A DNA stretch of 64,000 bases from Chloroflexi bacterium RBG_13_51_36 (GTDB taxonomy: Bacteria; Chloroflexota; Dehalococcoidia; GIF9; AB-539-J10): positions 4,355 through 68,354 of the forward strand of contig MGMS01000028.1 in NCBI GenBank assembly GCA_001796515.1, in the 5' to 3' direction. The position numbers and the translations under genes are program-made. Below are positions 29,064-40,218 of this stretch, in pieces. Below the pieces are notes generated by a model. The model did not search any database. It saw only the letters and a list, made by a program, of their open reading frames with translations, and was not told the DNA's origin. Every line of letters begins with the position of its first letter. Position 1 is the stretch's first letter.

Positions 29064-30412
29064 CACACCGGTTGTGGTTCCGGCTGTCATTGACTTTCGC
29101 GGTCATAATCCTGGTGACCGTCGTCACCATATATTTCTTCGTTAGCGAGCGCATCGCTGATGAAATGGAATACTACAAGACAATAAGTGCGCAATATCGT
29201 TCCGATCAAATACTATCCAGGCTATATCTCTTCTATTGGAAGGGGCGAAGCTGGGAGAGTGTCCAAACTGTGGTTGAAGACACAGCGCGCGTCTCAGGGA
29301 CACGTATCATATTGGTGGCTGCCAATGGGACGGTGGTGGGCGATTCAAAAACAGAACTCTTGGGGACAAACTACACTGATTCATCAGAGAGTCCTGTCGA
29401 GATGTTTCTGGGAGCGCAGTTCTTGGGAGATGTCTATATCATAGCTGACCCGCAGGCAGAGCCGTATGTTGCTCCCTTCCTGAGGCTGTCTGCGTCAATC
29501 AATCGCTCTCTTCTCTTGGGAGGCTCGGTGGCAATCGCTATCGCTTTGATACTGACTTTTGTTTTGTCGCGTAGAATAACATCGCCGATCGGCGCCCTTT
29601 CCAAGGCTGCCAGACGATTAGGGCATGGAGAGTTGTCCCAGAGGGTGCGCGTACGAGGCGAGGGCGAAGTTGCAGCGCTGGCTCAAGCGTTTAATTCCAT
29701 GGCAGGTGACCTGGAGTACGCTGAACAGCTGCGACGAAATATGGTTGCTGATGTTGCTCATGAACTGAGGACGCCCCTCTCGAATATTCAGGGCTATTTA
29801 GAGGCTATTCGTGATGGAGTGGTAGAGCCAGACGCCGCAGCCATTCGCTCGCTGAATGAAGAGGCATCTCTACTTTCGCGACTGGTCAATGAACTCCAGG
29901 AGCTAAGTCTCGCTGAAGCTGGCGAACTTAAGCTGGTTTTTCAGGCGGAAGATATCACCAAACTGGTGAGGCAGGCAGTACCTCCCTGGCAGCCGCAGCT
30001 GGCGGGAAAGGAGATATCGCTGTTCCTCGATTTGCCCGACGATCTGCCGCTGGTTAATATTGACTGGCAACGAATCAACCAGGTACTGCATAACCTTCTG
30101 GAAAATGCGGTGGCTCATACTCTGAGGGGAGGGGCTATTAACGTGGCTGCTGGCGTGGCCACTAGCGGAGGAGGTAGATGGGTAGAGGTCAGTGTGTCCG
30201 ATACTGGCGAAGGCATTCCTGCTGAGGATTTACCTCACATTTTCGAGCGCTTCTATAGAGTGGACAAATCTCGTGCCAGAGCCACTGGAGGTAGTGGCCT
30301 GGGACTTACCATCGCCAGGCGGCTCGTGGAAGCCCATGGCGGAAGAATCACAGTCCAGAGCAAGCCGGGAAGAGGAAGCCGTTTTTCGTTCACTCTCCCT
30401 GTGGCGGAGTAG
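29060..30412 (+). CDS. sensor histidine kinase (2 TM, HAMP, HisKA, HATPase_c)
   Basis: H-box [13 protein letters not shown], plus N, G1 and G2 boxes ([14 protein letters not shown]). Overlaps the response-regulator stop by 4 nt. Confidence 0.9.
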   Translation: MTHRLWFRLSLTFAVIILVTVVTIYFFVSERIADEMEYYKTISAQYRSDQILSRLYLFYWKGRSWESVQTVVEDTARVSGTRIILVAANGTVVGDSKTELLGTNYTDSSESPVEMFLGAQFLGDVYIIADPQAEPYVAPFLRLSASINRSLLLGGSVAIAIALILTFVLSRRITSPIGALSKAARRLGHGELSQRVRVRGEGEVAALAQAFNSMAGDLEYAEQLRRNMVADVAHELRTPLSNIQGYLEAIRDGVVEPDAAAIRSLNEEASLLSRLVNELQELSLAEAGELKLVFQAEDITKLVRQAVPPWQPQLAGKEISLFLDLPDDLPLVNIDWQRINQVLHNLLENAVAHTLRGGAINVAAGVATSGGGRWVEVSVSDTGEGIPAEDLPHIFERFYRVDKSRARATGGSGLGLTIARRLVEAHGGRITVQSKPGRGSRFSFTLPVAE

Positions 30413-30440
30413 CATCCGCGATTGCTCACATGTTGTGCAC

Positions 30441-30474
30441 CGCCATTGAGTATGGCGTCAGTCCTTTCTTTTTG
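30441..30474 (+). terminator. putative intrinsic terminator after the two-component operon
   Basis: Hairpin CGCCAT-TGAGT-ATGGCG followed by a T-rich tract (tcagtccTTTCTTTTTg). The stem is short and the U-tract is displaced, so this is weak. Confidence 0.4.
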
Positions 30475-30682
30475 CCTGGCGTTCTAGTATCATACGGGCC
30501 AACTGTCAAAATGTGATTACATTCTTATGAATAAGAAGCTGATGATCGGTTTGTTGGCTCTAGGTGTGGCAATGATAGTAGCGGGGTTAGTGATAGTGTT
30601 TGTGGGCTTGCCCTAGCTTAGTCGATTATGCAATCTATTGGTTTCTTGACGCCTCGAAAATCCTCGTCAAGTACTGAACAAG

Positions 30683-31816
30683 TTACCACTGGACGAACAT
30701 AGGCATGACCACATGAACATAGTTGTCTACGCCTATGGGGCGGATAGTGCCCGGGCTCGAGGGAGTGGTGACTTCCAGAGCGACCTGCGCTTGAGGAAGG
30801 ACAGATAGAACATCTGATAGGTATTTGACGTTGAAAGCGATTTTTGCCTCTTCTCCGTCGGTGAGGGCATCGACCTCGCCGACGTTGTCTCCGACTTCTT
30901 CAGCCTGAGCGGAAAGAGTAATCTTGCCGGGAGTAAGCTCGGAACCCGGGGTAATCACCAGACGAACTATACCACTGGCGTCGCGAGCAAATATGGAGGA
31001 CATCTTAGTAACCCGCAGAAATTCATTGACGTCCACGACGGCTCGCGTGGTATAGCTTTGAGGGATAACCTGAGAGTAATTGGGGAAGGATCCTTGGATA
31101 AGCTGGGAGACTATTTCGGCATCCTTGAGGCGGAACAGGATCTGGCTCTTTTTCTCGTTTACAGTGATTTCTACAGGCTCCTCTTGCTCGCCAAGAAGAC
31201 GACTGAGCTCACTGAGAGTCCTGGCCGGGATGATAACCGTGGTTTTTCCCTTGACTGGAGAGCTGAGAGTTGTCTTGTGAACGGCTAATCTGAAGCCGTC
31301 GGCGGCCACCAGGTTGAGCTGGTCACCGTCGAACTCAGTATTGATTCCGGTTAATACGGGGCGGGATTCCTCAGTGGCAGCAGCAAAGACGACCTGCCCG
31401 ATCCCTTCTCTGAGGCTGGGTACTCCAATGGTGGTAGTTAGGCCATCGTTTATCTGAGGGATAGGTGGAAAATCCGCAGCATCTATGCCGTGAATGTGGG
31501 CTTGAAAATGGCCGCTCTTGAGCTCCAGGATGCGACCATTGGCGGGAAGATTGATTTCAATCAAGTCGTTGGGCAGAGAATTGACGAAGTCGCTGAGCAG
31601 GCGAGCAGGTACAGTTATCTCTCCCTTCTGTTTCACTTTGGCGCCAATCCAGCACGTGATAGCCATTTCCAGATTGGTGGCTGCCAGCTTGAGACGCGAT
31701 TGTTCAGCGGACACAAGGATATTCTGGGTGACAGGCAGAGTTGACCTGGTGGCGACAGCTCTCCCAACCGTGCTTAGTCCCTTGTTTAGGTTCTCCTGAA
31801 GACAAGATAATTTCAT
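30683..31816 (-). CDS. dnaN: DNA polymerase III beta subunit (sliding clamp)
   Basis: Three-domain beta-clamp. Start at MKLSCLQENLNKGL (ATG 31816), preceded by a GGGGGAGG ribosome-binding site. The listed ORF has a 14-codon upstream extension. Confidence 0.9.
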   Translation of the reverse strand: MKLSCLQENLNKGLSTVGRAVATRSTLPVTQNILVSAEQSRLKLAATNLEMAITCWIGAKVKQKGEITVPARLLSDFVNSLPNDLIEINLPANGRILELKSGHFQAHIHGIDAADFPPIPQINDGLTTTIGVPSLREGIGQVVFAAATEESRPVLTGINTEFDGDQLNLVAADGFRLAVHKTTLSSPVKGKTTVIIPARTLSELSRLLGEQEEPVEITVNEKKSQILFRLKDAEIVSQLIQGSFPNYSQVIPQSYTTRAVVDVNEFLRVTKMSSIFARDASGIVRLVITPGSELTPGKITLSAQAEEVGDNVGEVDALTDGEEAKIAFNVKYLSDVLSVLPQAQVALEVTTPSSPGTIRPIGVDNYVHVVMPMFVQW

Positions 31817-32009
31817 GACGTGCCTCCCCCTCTGTGAATAATGACAGTATACTATCAAGAGGTGTAATAATCAATGATTGTATTTGACATAATACTAGAT
31901 TTGCCAGACCACATTATCGCCGGCTGTTATGACCAGGCCGGGTTGCTTCTAGCGCCCGGCCAGTGTCTGCAAGCTCCAAATCTTCTGCTGCAAAGCCATC
32001 AGGTTGTTG

Positions 32010-33533
32010 TTACCGTCCGGAGAGTGCAGTTAGTTTCTTCAGCCTGCTTTTGACTTCTTCAGTCAGCATATCGCGTGTGAGTCGCCAACACCAGTTTCCC
32101 TGGGCTTTGCCCGGGGTGTTCATCCTGGCTTCGCTGCCCAGTCCCAGAATGTCTTGCATAGGGATAACCGCGGTATCGGCGGCAGACGTCAGGGCCAAAC
32201 GGATGAAATCCCAATTTATCTCGCGGCCATTTGTGCCCAGGTATGTCAGGGCTGCTTGTTTTTCCCTGTCCCTTTCTTCTTTGCTCTGAGTGCTGTCTTC
32301 AACGTCATCGCCTGTGAACCAGCCAACAGTGGTATTGTTGTCATGTGTGCCAGTGTACACGACGCAATTTCGCGGATAGTTGTACGGCCTATACTCATTG
32401 GCTTTCGGGCCACTGCCAAAGGAGAAGTGGAGAACTCTCATGCCGGGAAGGCCGAATTGATCCCGCAAGGCCTCAACTGCGGGTGTAATCATTCCCAGGT
32501 CTTCAGCAATTATGGGCGGAGAGCCTAACGCATCCTGCACTGCTTGAAACAGTTTGGCTCCCGGTCCGGGAACCCATCTGCCATTTGCGGCAGTAGTATC
32601 CGTTGCCGGGACTTCCCAGTACTCTTCATAGCCGCGAAAGTGGTCCAACCTGATGATGTCCGCGAGGCGGCTCGCTGCCCGGAAGCGGTCAATCCACCAG
32701 GCATAAGCATCCCTGGCCATCACATGCCAGCGGTAGAGAGGATTTCCCCATAACTGTCCTGTTTCACTGAAGTAGTCCGGCGGCACCCCAGCGACCACAG
32801 TCGGTTTGCCGCCGTCGTCCAGATAGAACATGTCGGGATGTGACCAGACTTCGGCGCTATCGAGGGCAACAAATATAGGCATATCACCAATGAACTTGAT
32901 TTCGTGCTTGTTGCAGTACTTCTTGAGCTCCGACCATTGTTTGAAGAACTGGTATTGCTGATACTTGTGGTAACGGATCTCTCGACTCAACTTCTTGCTC
33001 CAGTGTTTCAGAGATTTCGGCTGGCGATTCCTGATATCTTGTTCCCAAGTATTCCAGGCGGCGAGGCCATGGGCCTCCTTTAGTGCCATAAACAACGAGT
33101 AGGTGTCGAGCCACTTGGCGTTTTGGCGACAGAAAGTCTTGAATTGTTTCTGCTCACGCCGGGCAGCTTTTCCTTCGAAGGTCTCAAAGGACTTCTTCAA
33201 TAAAGGCATCTTGAACTTGATGACTGAGCCATAGTCGACTGTCTTTTCAGGGAAGGGAGGCGTATTTTCCAGGTCAGCAGATTCCAGAAAACCGTCTTCG
33301 ACCAGTCTCTCCAGGTTTACAAGCAACGGATTGCCAGCGAAGACCGAAAGGCACTGGTACGGTGAATTGGCATAGCCTGTGGGGCCCAGTGGCAAAGTCT
33401 GCCAAAGATGCTGCCCGGTGCTGACCAGAAGGTCTACGAATTCGCGAGCTTCACTTCCCAGGTCACCTATTCCAAAGCGGCCCGGGAGTGAGGTCGGGTG
33501 CAGTAGTATACCACTTGCTCTGGGAAAGTTCAT
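32010..33533 (-). CDS. malQ: 4-alpha-glucanotransferase (amylomaltase, GH77)
   Basis: 507 aa. N-terminus SGILLHPTSLPG...GIGDLG and the GH77 catalytic regions. Confidence 0.9.
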   Translation of the reverse strand: MNFPRASGILLHPTSLPGRFGIGDLGSEAREFVDLLVSTGQHLWQTLPLGPTGYANSPYQCLSVFAGNPLLVNLERLVEDGFLESADLENTPPFPEKTVDYGSVIKFKMPLLKKSFETFEGKAARREQKQFKTFCRQNAKWLDTYSLFMALKEAHGLAAWNTWEQDIRNRQPKSLKHWSKKLSREIRYHKYQQYQFFKQWSELKKYCNKHEIKFIGDMPIFVALDSAEVWSHPDMFYLDDGGKPTVVAGVPPDYFSETGQLWGNPLYRWHVMARDAYAWWIDRFRAASRLADIIRLDHFRGYEEYWEVPATDTTAANGRWVPGPGAKLFQAVQDALGSPPIIAEDLGMITPAVEALRDQFGLPGMRVLHFSFGSGPKANEYRPYNYPRNCVVYTGTHDNNTTVGWFTGDDVEDSTQSKEERDREKQAALTYLGTNGREINWDFIRLALTSAADTAVIPMQDILGLGSEARMNTPGKAQGNWCWRLTRDMLTEEVKSRLKKLTALSGR

Positions 33534-33743
33534 GCTCGGTTATCCATTGTGTGGGTCATGCAAGCCGGAAATCTGTGAGTTGGTGATTTCCCTGTCCTTC
33601 CGATCGTCCACGACGAATCAACATCTTGGAATCTTTGTTTACACCAGTATACAATAGAGTATAGCAGCAAACAATGCTTGTTGGTGTTGCTAGGGCGGAC
33701 TGCAAGTGGAAAGGGGATTAGGTTTGCTGACGGGAGAACAGAA

Positions 33744-34736
33744 ATGTCAGAAGACTTGGAACTACTGACTCTAGGCATTGACCTTGGAGGCAGTAAGATA
33801 CTAACGGCAGTAGTTGACACTCGAGGTGAAATGTTTTCGAATGATGAGAGTGCAACGCCTGCCACAAAGGAGCGAGAGGCACTGATACAATCGATTCTGG
33901 ACTCGGCGGATCGGGCCTTGAAACAGGCGAACGTCGCAATGTCGCGGATCTGTGCCATAGGAGTTGGGGCCGCCGGCATCTCTAATCCTGAGGCAGGCAT
34001 CTTGTTCACCTCACCGAATCTGCCGGCGTTGCGGAATGTTCTACTGAGAGACATAATGCAGGAGAGGCTAGGTAAGAAGACCTTTCTCATCAATGATGCC
34101 GACGCCGCTGCCCTGGGGGAATTCTACTTCGGTGCGGCTCGGGGCGTCGGTAATTTCATTTACATTACTCTTAGCACGGGTATCGGTGGGGGCGTTGTCA
34201 TCGACGGCAAGATTTATACAGGAGCCATTGGCGCTGCTGGAGAGGTGGGGCACATGACCATTGATGTGAATGGCCCTGTCTGTAACTGTGGAAACAGAGG
34301 TTGTTGGGAAACGCTAGCCTCAGGGACAGCGCTGGCCAGGGAGGCAAAGAATCGGATTAAGGAGGGAGGTAAGACATCGATTCTGGAATATGCTGACGGA
34401 GACATAGAAAAGGTGACGGCACAAAGCGTTCATAGTGCCGCCGAGCAAGGTGACAGATTGGCTAAAGAACTGATTGTTCGGATTGGTGGCTACGTAGGTG
34501 TAGGACTAGCCAATTTAATAAACATATTCAACCCTGAGTTAATAGTCATTGGCGGCGGTCTATCAACCATCGGTGATATGCTGCTCAAGCCGGCCTTTAA
34601 GGTGGCTGGAGAGAGAGCCTTTAAGGAGGCCTTTCAGGCTGTACGCTTTGCTTCTGCCGGGCTGGGTCGAAATTCCGGAGTGCTGGGTGCCGCCGCCTAT
34701 GCCTTTCAGGAGATGAAGAAGCTTTCCACCAAATAA
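33744..34736 (+). CDS. glk: ROK-family glucokinase
   Basis: Sugar-kinase fold lacking an N-terminal HTH, with GIDLGGSK and the ROK Zn motif CNCGNRGCWE. Start at MSEDLEL (ATG 33744) has a GGGAGA ribosome-binding site. The listed ORF 33678 is an in-frame extension. Confidence 0.8.
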   Translation: MSEDLELLTLGIDLGGSKILTAVVDTRGEMFSNDESATPATKEREALIQSILDSADRALKQANVAMSRICAIGVGAAGISNPEAGILFTSPNLPALRNVLLRDIMQERLGKKTFLINDADAAALGEFYFGAARGVGNFIYITLSTGIGGGVVIDGKIYTGAIGAAGEVGHMTIDVNGPVCNCGNRGCWETLASGTALAREAKNRIKEGGKTSILEYADGDIEKVTAQSVHSAAEQGDRLAKELIVRIGGYVGVGLANLINIFNPELIVIGGGLSTIGDMLLKPAFKVAGERAFKEAFQAVRFASAGLGRNSGVLGAAAYAFQEMKKLSTK

Positions 34737-34763
34737 TACAAAGGGAGTGTAGGTTTAGGTGAT

Positions 34764-35678
34764 TTGATGAACATGTCCATCGGAAAACTAAGAGGACTCC
34801 AGCAGTTGGCTGATTCCAAGGGCATGATGACAATGTGTGCCATTGACCACAGAGGGGCCCTCAAGCGAGCCCTGAACGAAAGAAGCCCCGTCGCGGTGAG
34901 TTATCAGGATATGGTTGATTTCAAGCTGGACCTGTGTCAGGCGGTAGCACGTTTTGCCAGTGCCATACTGCTTGACCCGGAGTACGGCGCGGCTCAGGCT
35001 ATAGCTGGGGGCGTCTTACCCGGGTCAAATGGGCTTCTGGTCAGCATGGAAGAGACCGGCTATACTGGAGATAGCGCGGCTAGAATCACTGAGCTGCTGC
35101 ATGGCTGGAGCGTGAAAAAGGCGAAAAAAATGGGCGCTTCGGCAGTCAAGCTTCTAATCTACTTCCGGCCTGACCTAAAAGATGTCGCCTCAAAACAACT
35201 CGACTTGGTGGCAGGGCTGGCCGACGAGTGCATTGAAGAAGACATAGCCTTTCTGGTTGAGCCGGTAAGCTATTCTATCGAGGAAGGTGAGACATCTGCA
35301 AAGAGATTTGCCAAGCTAAAACCTAGTCTGGTAGTCGAAACAGCCCGTCAGGTCACTGCCTTGCCCATCGATGTGTCGAAAGCGGAATTCCCAGCGGATA
35401 TTAGGTTTGAACAAGATGAGGAAAGACTGTTCGGATTTTGCCGCGAATTGAATCAGGCATCCCGGCTGCCGTGGGTTCTGCTCAGCGCTGGTGTGGACTT
35501 TGAGTCGTTTAGGAAACAGGTGCAAATGGCCTGCAAGGCGGGAGCCTCAGGTTTTTTGGCTGGGCGTGCTCTATGGCAGGAGGGCGCCCAAATTCGCTCG
35601 AGGGAAGAAAGGTTTGACTTCTTCCAAAATACAGCTGCTGTGAGATTGAGGGAATTAGCTGAAATAGCTGATAAATAA
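34764..35678 (+). CDS. class I aldolase of the LacD/tagatose-bisphosphate aldolase family
   Basis: AIDHRGALKRAL resembles the LacD AFDQRGALK motif in a TIM-barrel aldolase. Its exact substrate is unknown. The start could be TTG 34764 or ATG 34767/34773. Confidence 0.65.
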   Translation: MMNMSIGKLRGLQQLADSKGMMTMCAIDHRGALKRALNERSPVAVSYQDMVDFKLDLCQAVARFASAILLDPEYGAAQAIAGGVLPGSNGLLVSMEETGYTGDSAARITELLHGWSVKKAKKMGASAVKLLIYFRPDLKDVASKQLDLVAGLADECIEEDIAFLVEPVSYSIEEGETSAKRFAKLKPSLVVETARQVTALPIDVSKAEFPADIRFEQDEERLFGFCRELNQASRLPWVLLSAGVDFESFRKQVQMACKAGASGFLAGRALWQEGAQIRSREERFDFFQNTAAVRLRELAEIADK

Positions 35679-35804
35679 GGCAAGCCTTGGTATTCGAGGC
35701 TGGTGGCTGAAAATGGTAGATTCGCCTCGGTGGCAGAGGGCTGGTATAGGAGCTATTGATCTCAGTTCCGTCTCGAAGATGGAACGAAGATAAGGGTACA
35801 TTTC

Positions 35805-37253
35805 ATGGTGAAGCGGGATATGAAACGATCGGGCTTTTGTGAACGGCGGACCAAGATAGTGTGCACTATCGGTCCGGCTACTCGTTCAGCCGCTGTGATT
35901 GAGCAACTGATAAAGGCAGGCATGAATGTCGCCAGATTCAACCTATCCCACGGCACCTTCGAGGAACATCGCCGTTATATCCATACCGTGAGGAACCTAT
36001 CACGCCGTCTGGCAGTGCCTGTTGCCGTGCTTATAGATTTGCCCGGACCAAAGTATCGCACGGGCAAGCTGCAAGAGGGCCAAGTCAGACTCAAGAAGGG
36101 TGCGCGGGTTACGCTCACCACAAGGCAATTGAAGGGTGATGACGAGTTGATACCAGTTAATCTTTCTACGCTTCCTCAAGACATAGAAGTGGGAGATACC
36201 GTGTTGATCGATGATGGTGCCATGCAACTGAAGGTGATTGAGAAGCAAAGCACGGAGATTGAATGTAAGGTGATGGTCGGGGGCATACTCACCGAGGAGC
36301 GAGGGTTAGTGGTGCCTGGGATGCGGATTTCCAGTCCTTTTGTTACGGATATCCTGCGAGAATGCATTCTCTTCGCTGTGGAACAACGACCTGATTACCT
36401 GGCTCTGTCTTTCGTCAGCGAAGCCAACGATGTGAACAGTGCAAGAGCCATATTACGTGAGAACGATGTGGATATACCGATCATCGCCAAGATTGAAAGG
36501 GGCGTGGCGGTTGACAGATTTGACAGTATACTTCTTGCCAGCGATGGCGTTATGGTAGCGAGAGGAGACCTCGGTGTGGATATCCCCTTAGAGAGGGTAC
36601 CGCTGGTGCAGAAAGAGACTATCAGGAAATGTAATCAGGCAGGCAAGCCGGTAATTACCGCCACGCAGATGATGGAGTCAATGGTGAATGCCCCGCGGCC
36701 AACTCGTGCCGAGGTCACTGACGTCGCTAACGCCATATTTGATGGCACCGATGCAATCATGCTATCGGCGGAGACGTCTATCGGAAAATACCCTGTCCAA
36801 GCAGTTAGAATGATGGCGAGAATTGCTCAAGAAGCAGAAAACAAACTACCCTATGGCAAGATGCTAGTAGAAAGAGGAGAGTGGTTGAAACCGAAGACGG
36901 ACGAGCTAATAAGCTACAGTGCCTGTTATACGGCTCAGAGTCTCGGCGCAGTGGCGCTCGTGGCTTTTACGCAGTCTGGCAGCACAGCGGCGCGCGTGTC
37001 AAAATACCGTCCCAGAGTACCCATTGTGGCCATAACGCCCGATGCTGAAGTCGCGGGGAGATTAATGCTGCAGTGGGGTGTCTACCCTTTTCAGATAGCG
37101 CGAGCTTCATCGGTGGACGAGTTATTTGCGGCAGCGTCTAAGCTTTCCAGGGAACTGGGACTGGCCAAGTCGGGTGACTTGATAGTCATTACCGGTGGCA
37201 TTCCTATTGGGGTAGCTGGTTCCACGAATCTGCTCAAGGTGGAGAGAGTTTAG
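35805..37253 (+). CDS. pyk: pyruvate kinase
   Basis: RRTKIVCTIGP and the MVARGDLG motifs. 482 aa. Confidence 0.9.
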   Translation: MVKRDMKRSGFCERRTKIVCTIGPATRSAAVIEQLIKAGMNVARFNLSHGTFEEHRRYIHTVRNLSRRLAVPVAVLIDLPGPKYRTGKLQEGQVRLKKGARVTLTTRQLKGDDELIPVNLSTLPQDIEVGDTVLIDDGAMQLKVIEKQSTEIECKVMVGGILTEERGLVVPGMRISSPFVTDILRECILFAVEQRPDYLALSFVSEANDVNSARAILRENDVDIPIIAKIERGVAVDRFDSILLASDGVMVARGDLGVDIPLERVPLVQKETIRKCNQAGKPVITATQMMESMVNAPRPTRAEVTDVANAIFDGTDAIMLSAETSIGKYPVQAVRMMARIAQEAENKLPYGKMLVERGEWLKPKTDELISYSACYTAQSLGAVALVAFTQSGSTAARVSKYRPRVPIVAITPDAEVAGRLMLQWGVYPFQIARASSVDELFAAASKLSRELGLAKSGDLIVITGGIPIGVAGSTNLLKVERV

Positions 37254-37329
37254 TCGCCGTGCTAAGGCAAACTCTTTCTATTCTGCATACAGAAGTTTTG
37301 CGGCCTACCATCGGAACAGCTATGTCATC

Positions 37330-39294
37330 TTACTCTGAGGACTTCAAAAACACAGCGGCTAGAGGTGGTAGGGTAATGGTCAAGGTATAGGGACGGCCGT
37401 GGCAGGGCTTTGGCGCTGCTTTCACCCCACCTAAATTGCCTTGACCGCTCCCTCTGTACTCCTTGGCGTCGCTGTTTAGTATCTCTCTCCAGAGTCCCGG
37501 CTGAGGCACTCCGATTCTGTAGTTGAAATGGGTCACGGGGGTAAAATTACACACCACAGCGATGACGTCAGCTCGAGATTGCCCCTTGCGGATGAGACTG
37601 ATGACGCTGTTCTCTATATCATTACAATCAATCCATTCGAAACCAGTCGAATCGAAGTCAACCTGGTAAAGAGCAGGCTGACTCCGATATACACGGTTTA
37701 AGTCACTGACCCATTGCCGAAGGCCGGAGTGGGGTGAGTACTGGAGGAGGTCCCATTCGAGGCTCTCATCATGTGCCCATTCCCGCCACTGGCCAAATTC
37801 ACTTCCCATAAACAAGAGTTTCTTCCCGGGCTGGGCATACATATATCCCAGTAGGAGCCTCAGGTTAGCGAATTTCTGCCAGTCGTCTCCCGGCATCTTT
37901 CCCAAAAGTGATCCTTTGGCATGTGTTACCTCGTCGTGGGAGAGCGGCAGGACAAAATTCTCAAAAAAGGCGTATAGCAGGCGAAATGTCAGGTTATTAT
38001 GATGATACTTTCGATATACAGGGTCATTGGTTATGTACTCGAGAGTATCATGCATCCAGCCCATGTCCCACTTCAGGCCGAATCCGAGGCCTCCCAAATA
38101 AGTTGGGCGAGATACCATGGGCCAGGCAGTTGACTCCTCGGCAATGGTTTGCACGCCAGGGCTTTCTCGATAGATCACCTCATTGAGGCGACGCAAGAAG
38201 GCGATGGCTTCCAGGTTCTCCCGCCCTCCATACTCATTGGGTATCCATTCGCCTTCTTTACGGCCGTAATCCAGATAGAGCATGGAGGCCACTGCATCTA
38301 CACGCAAAGCATCAACGTGATATTTGTCGAGCCAGAACAGTGCACTGCTAAGAAGGAAACTCTTTACTTCGTGGCGGCCATAATTGAAGATAAAACTGTT
38401 CCAATCCGGATGAATGCCCTGTCTGGGATCACCGTGTTCATAGAGATGGGTTCCATCGAAATACCCCAGCCCGTGTTCATCATTGGGGAAGTGAGAAGGC
38501 ACCCAGTCGAGGATGACACCTATGTCATACTGGTGGAGATAATCTACGAGGTACATAAAATCCTCCGGAGTGCCATAGCGGCTCGTGGGGGCGAAGTATC
38601 CTGTGGTCTGATAACCCCACGAACCATAGAAGGGGTGCTCCGTCACCGGTAGAAACTCAACATGGGTGAAGCCCGTTTGCTTCACATACTCGGCCAGCTT
38701 GGGAGCCAGTTCCCGGTAGCTAAGGTAGCGATTCCCTTCGTCGGGCACTCGTTGCCACGAGCCCAGATGCACTTCGTAAATAGAGATGGGAGCATTGAGG
38801 GCATTGTGAGCGTGTCGTGTCTCCATCCATCTCTGATCTCGCCAGTCATAATTCAAACCCCAGACAACAGAGGCTGTTTTGGGAGGCGTTTCATCATAGA
38901 AGGCGAATGGGTCAGCTTTCTCCGCACAATAGCCTCGATGGTGGGAGACAACATAATATTTGTAGATTGTGCCCTTAGCCACCCCAGGGACGAATCCTTC
39001 CCAGATGCCGGACTGTCCTTTTGACCGAAGCAGGTGACTTGACTTATCCCAATAGTTAAAGTCACCTACGACAGACACTTGCCTGGCACTGGGTGCCCAG
39101 ACGGCAAAATAGGTTCCCTCCACTCCATCCACCGTCATGGGATGACTTCCAAGCTTCTCGTAAAGGCGATGATGGGATCCCTCATTGAACAGGAAGAGAT
39201 CATCGCTGCTTAACAAGCTTACATCGTAGCGCACGGATTGAGCATTCGGCTTAGCCCTTGGAGATACCTCTTTTCCTTTAGTCTTCTCCTTCAT
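37330..39294 (-). CDS. glgB: 1,4-alpha-glucan branching enzyme (GH13_9)
   Basis: CBM48 N-domain plus GH13 catalytic regions (DWVPSHF, GFDGFRVDAV-like [16 protein letters not shown]). Start placed at ATG 39294, which forms an ATGA overlap with the otsB stop and follows a GAGGAAAG ribosome-binding site. The listed ORF extends 10 codons further. Confidence 0.9.
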   Translation of the reverse strand: MKEKTKGKEVSPRAKPNAQSVRYDVSLLSSDDLFLFNEGSHHRLYEKLGSHPMTVDGVEGTYFAVWAPSARQVSVVGDFNYWDKSSHLLRSKGQSGIWEGFVPGVAKGTIYKYYVVSHHRGYCAEKADPFAFYDETPPKTASVVWGLNYDWRDQRWMETRHAHNALNAPISIYEVHLGSWQRVPDEGNRYLSYRELAPKLAEYVKQTGFTHVEFLPVTEHPFYGSWGYQTTGYFAPTSRYGTPEDFMYLVDYLHQYDIGVILDWVPSHFPNDEHGLGYFDGTHLYEHGDPRQGIHPDWNSFIFNYGRHEVKSFLLSSALFWLDKYHVDALRVDAVASMLYLDYGRKEGEWIPNEYGGRENLEAIAFLRRLNEVIYRESPGVQTIAEESTAWPMVSRPTYLGGLGFGLKWDMGWMHDTLEYITNDPVYRKYHHNNLTFRLLYAFFENFVLPLSHDEVTHAKGSLLGKMPGDDWQKFANLRLLLGYMYAQPGKKLLFMGSEFGQWREWAHDESLEWDLLQYSPHSGLRQWVSDLNRVYRSQPALYQVDFDSTGFEWIDCNDIENSVISLIRKGQSRADVIAVVCNFTPVTHFNYRIGVPQPGLWREILNSDAKEYRGSGQGNLGGVKAAPKPCHGRPYTLTITLPPLAAVFLKSSE

Positions 39295-40178
39295 CGTCTT
39301 TCCTCTAGTAACTGCTCCAGCCAATGATACAGTTGCTCGGGGGAGTCCAGGTAATAGTCTGCGGTGCTTGAGGGTGCAGCCTCGCCAATAAGGATGGAAA
39401 TACCGCCAATCCGGCGCAAAACCTGGAAACCATCTTCATCGGTGACGTCATCACCTGCAAAAATAGGCAGGTCTCCTGGGGTTCCATAGATTTCCATAAG
39501 CCACTCGACAGCCTTGCCTTTGTTCCAATCAACAAGTGGTTTCACTTCGAACACTTTCTTGCCTTCGGTCACCTGCAGTTTGTTTTTTATTTCTCCGTCT
39601 TCAATAGCTTCAAGGAGAAGTTTTTCTATTGTCGTTGGTGCGGTTCGTTTCGCCAGACGATAATGGAGGCTCAGAGTGAGCCCTTTGTTTTCGATCAGAA
39701 GGCCATCAATCCCCACCAGTCTTTCTTTGAGTTTTTGTTCCAGCCTTTTCATGTCAGGCTTGAACTGCCTAGCTATTGGATGGATGAATGTGGTTGTTTC
39801 AGGACTCCGCTCTTGACAATAGTAAGGAGGACATTCAATCTCCAAACCATGGTTGCCAGCGTATGTTATGTTTTCGAGTCCTATCAACATTTTGATGTCA
39901 TCCAGGCTCCGGCCGCTGACTATTACTAACCTGAACATGTTGTTGTGACTTATTTCTTCCAGCACCTCTCTTGATTCAGATGACAGGACGGCCATTTCGG
40001 GGCTAGCTGCTATCGGCGTCAGGGTACCGTCATAGTCCAGGAAAAGCAATATCCGCGTTGCTTTTTTGACCCGCTCGGCCAAGTCATGCCAGCACTGAAA
40101 CAAATGGCGCAATTCTGGTGCCTCACGGGAATTCTGCAATTCTTTTGGTGCTCCCGTCAACTCGGCATTAGAGTTCAC
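39291..40178 (-). CDS. otsB: trehalose-6-phosphate phosphatase (HAD-IIB)
   Basis: LDYDGTL motif I and TPP-family layout. Confidence 0.85.
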   Translation of the reverse strand: MNSNAELTGAPKELQNSREAPELRHLFQCWHDLAERVKKATRILLFLDYDGTLTPIAASPEMAVLSSESREVLEEISHNNMFRLVIVSGRSLDDIKMLIGLENITYAGNHGLEIECPPYYCQERSPETTTFIHPIARQFKPDMKRLEQKLKERLVGIDGLLIENKGLTLSLHYRLAKRTAPTTIEKLLLEAIEDGEIKNKLQVTEGKKVFEVKPLVDWNKGKAVEWLMEIYGTPGDLPIFAGDDVTDEDGFQVLRRIGGISILIGEAAPSSTADYYLDSPEQLYHWLEQLLEERR

Positions 40179-40218
40179 CGAGTAGGACCAAGGAGGTTCG
40201 GAGTTTCTTGGGGACGAA

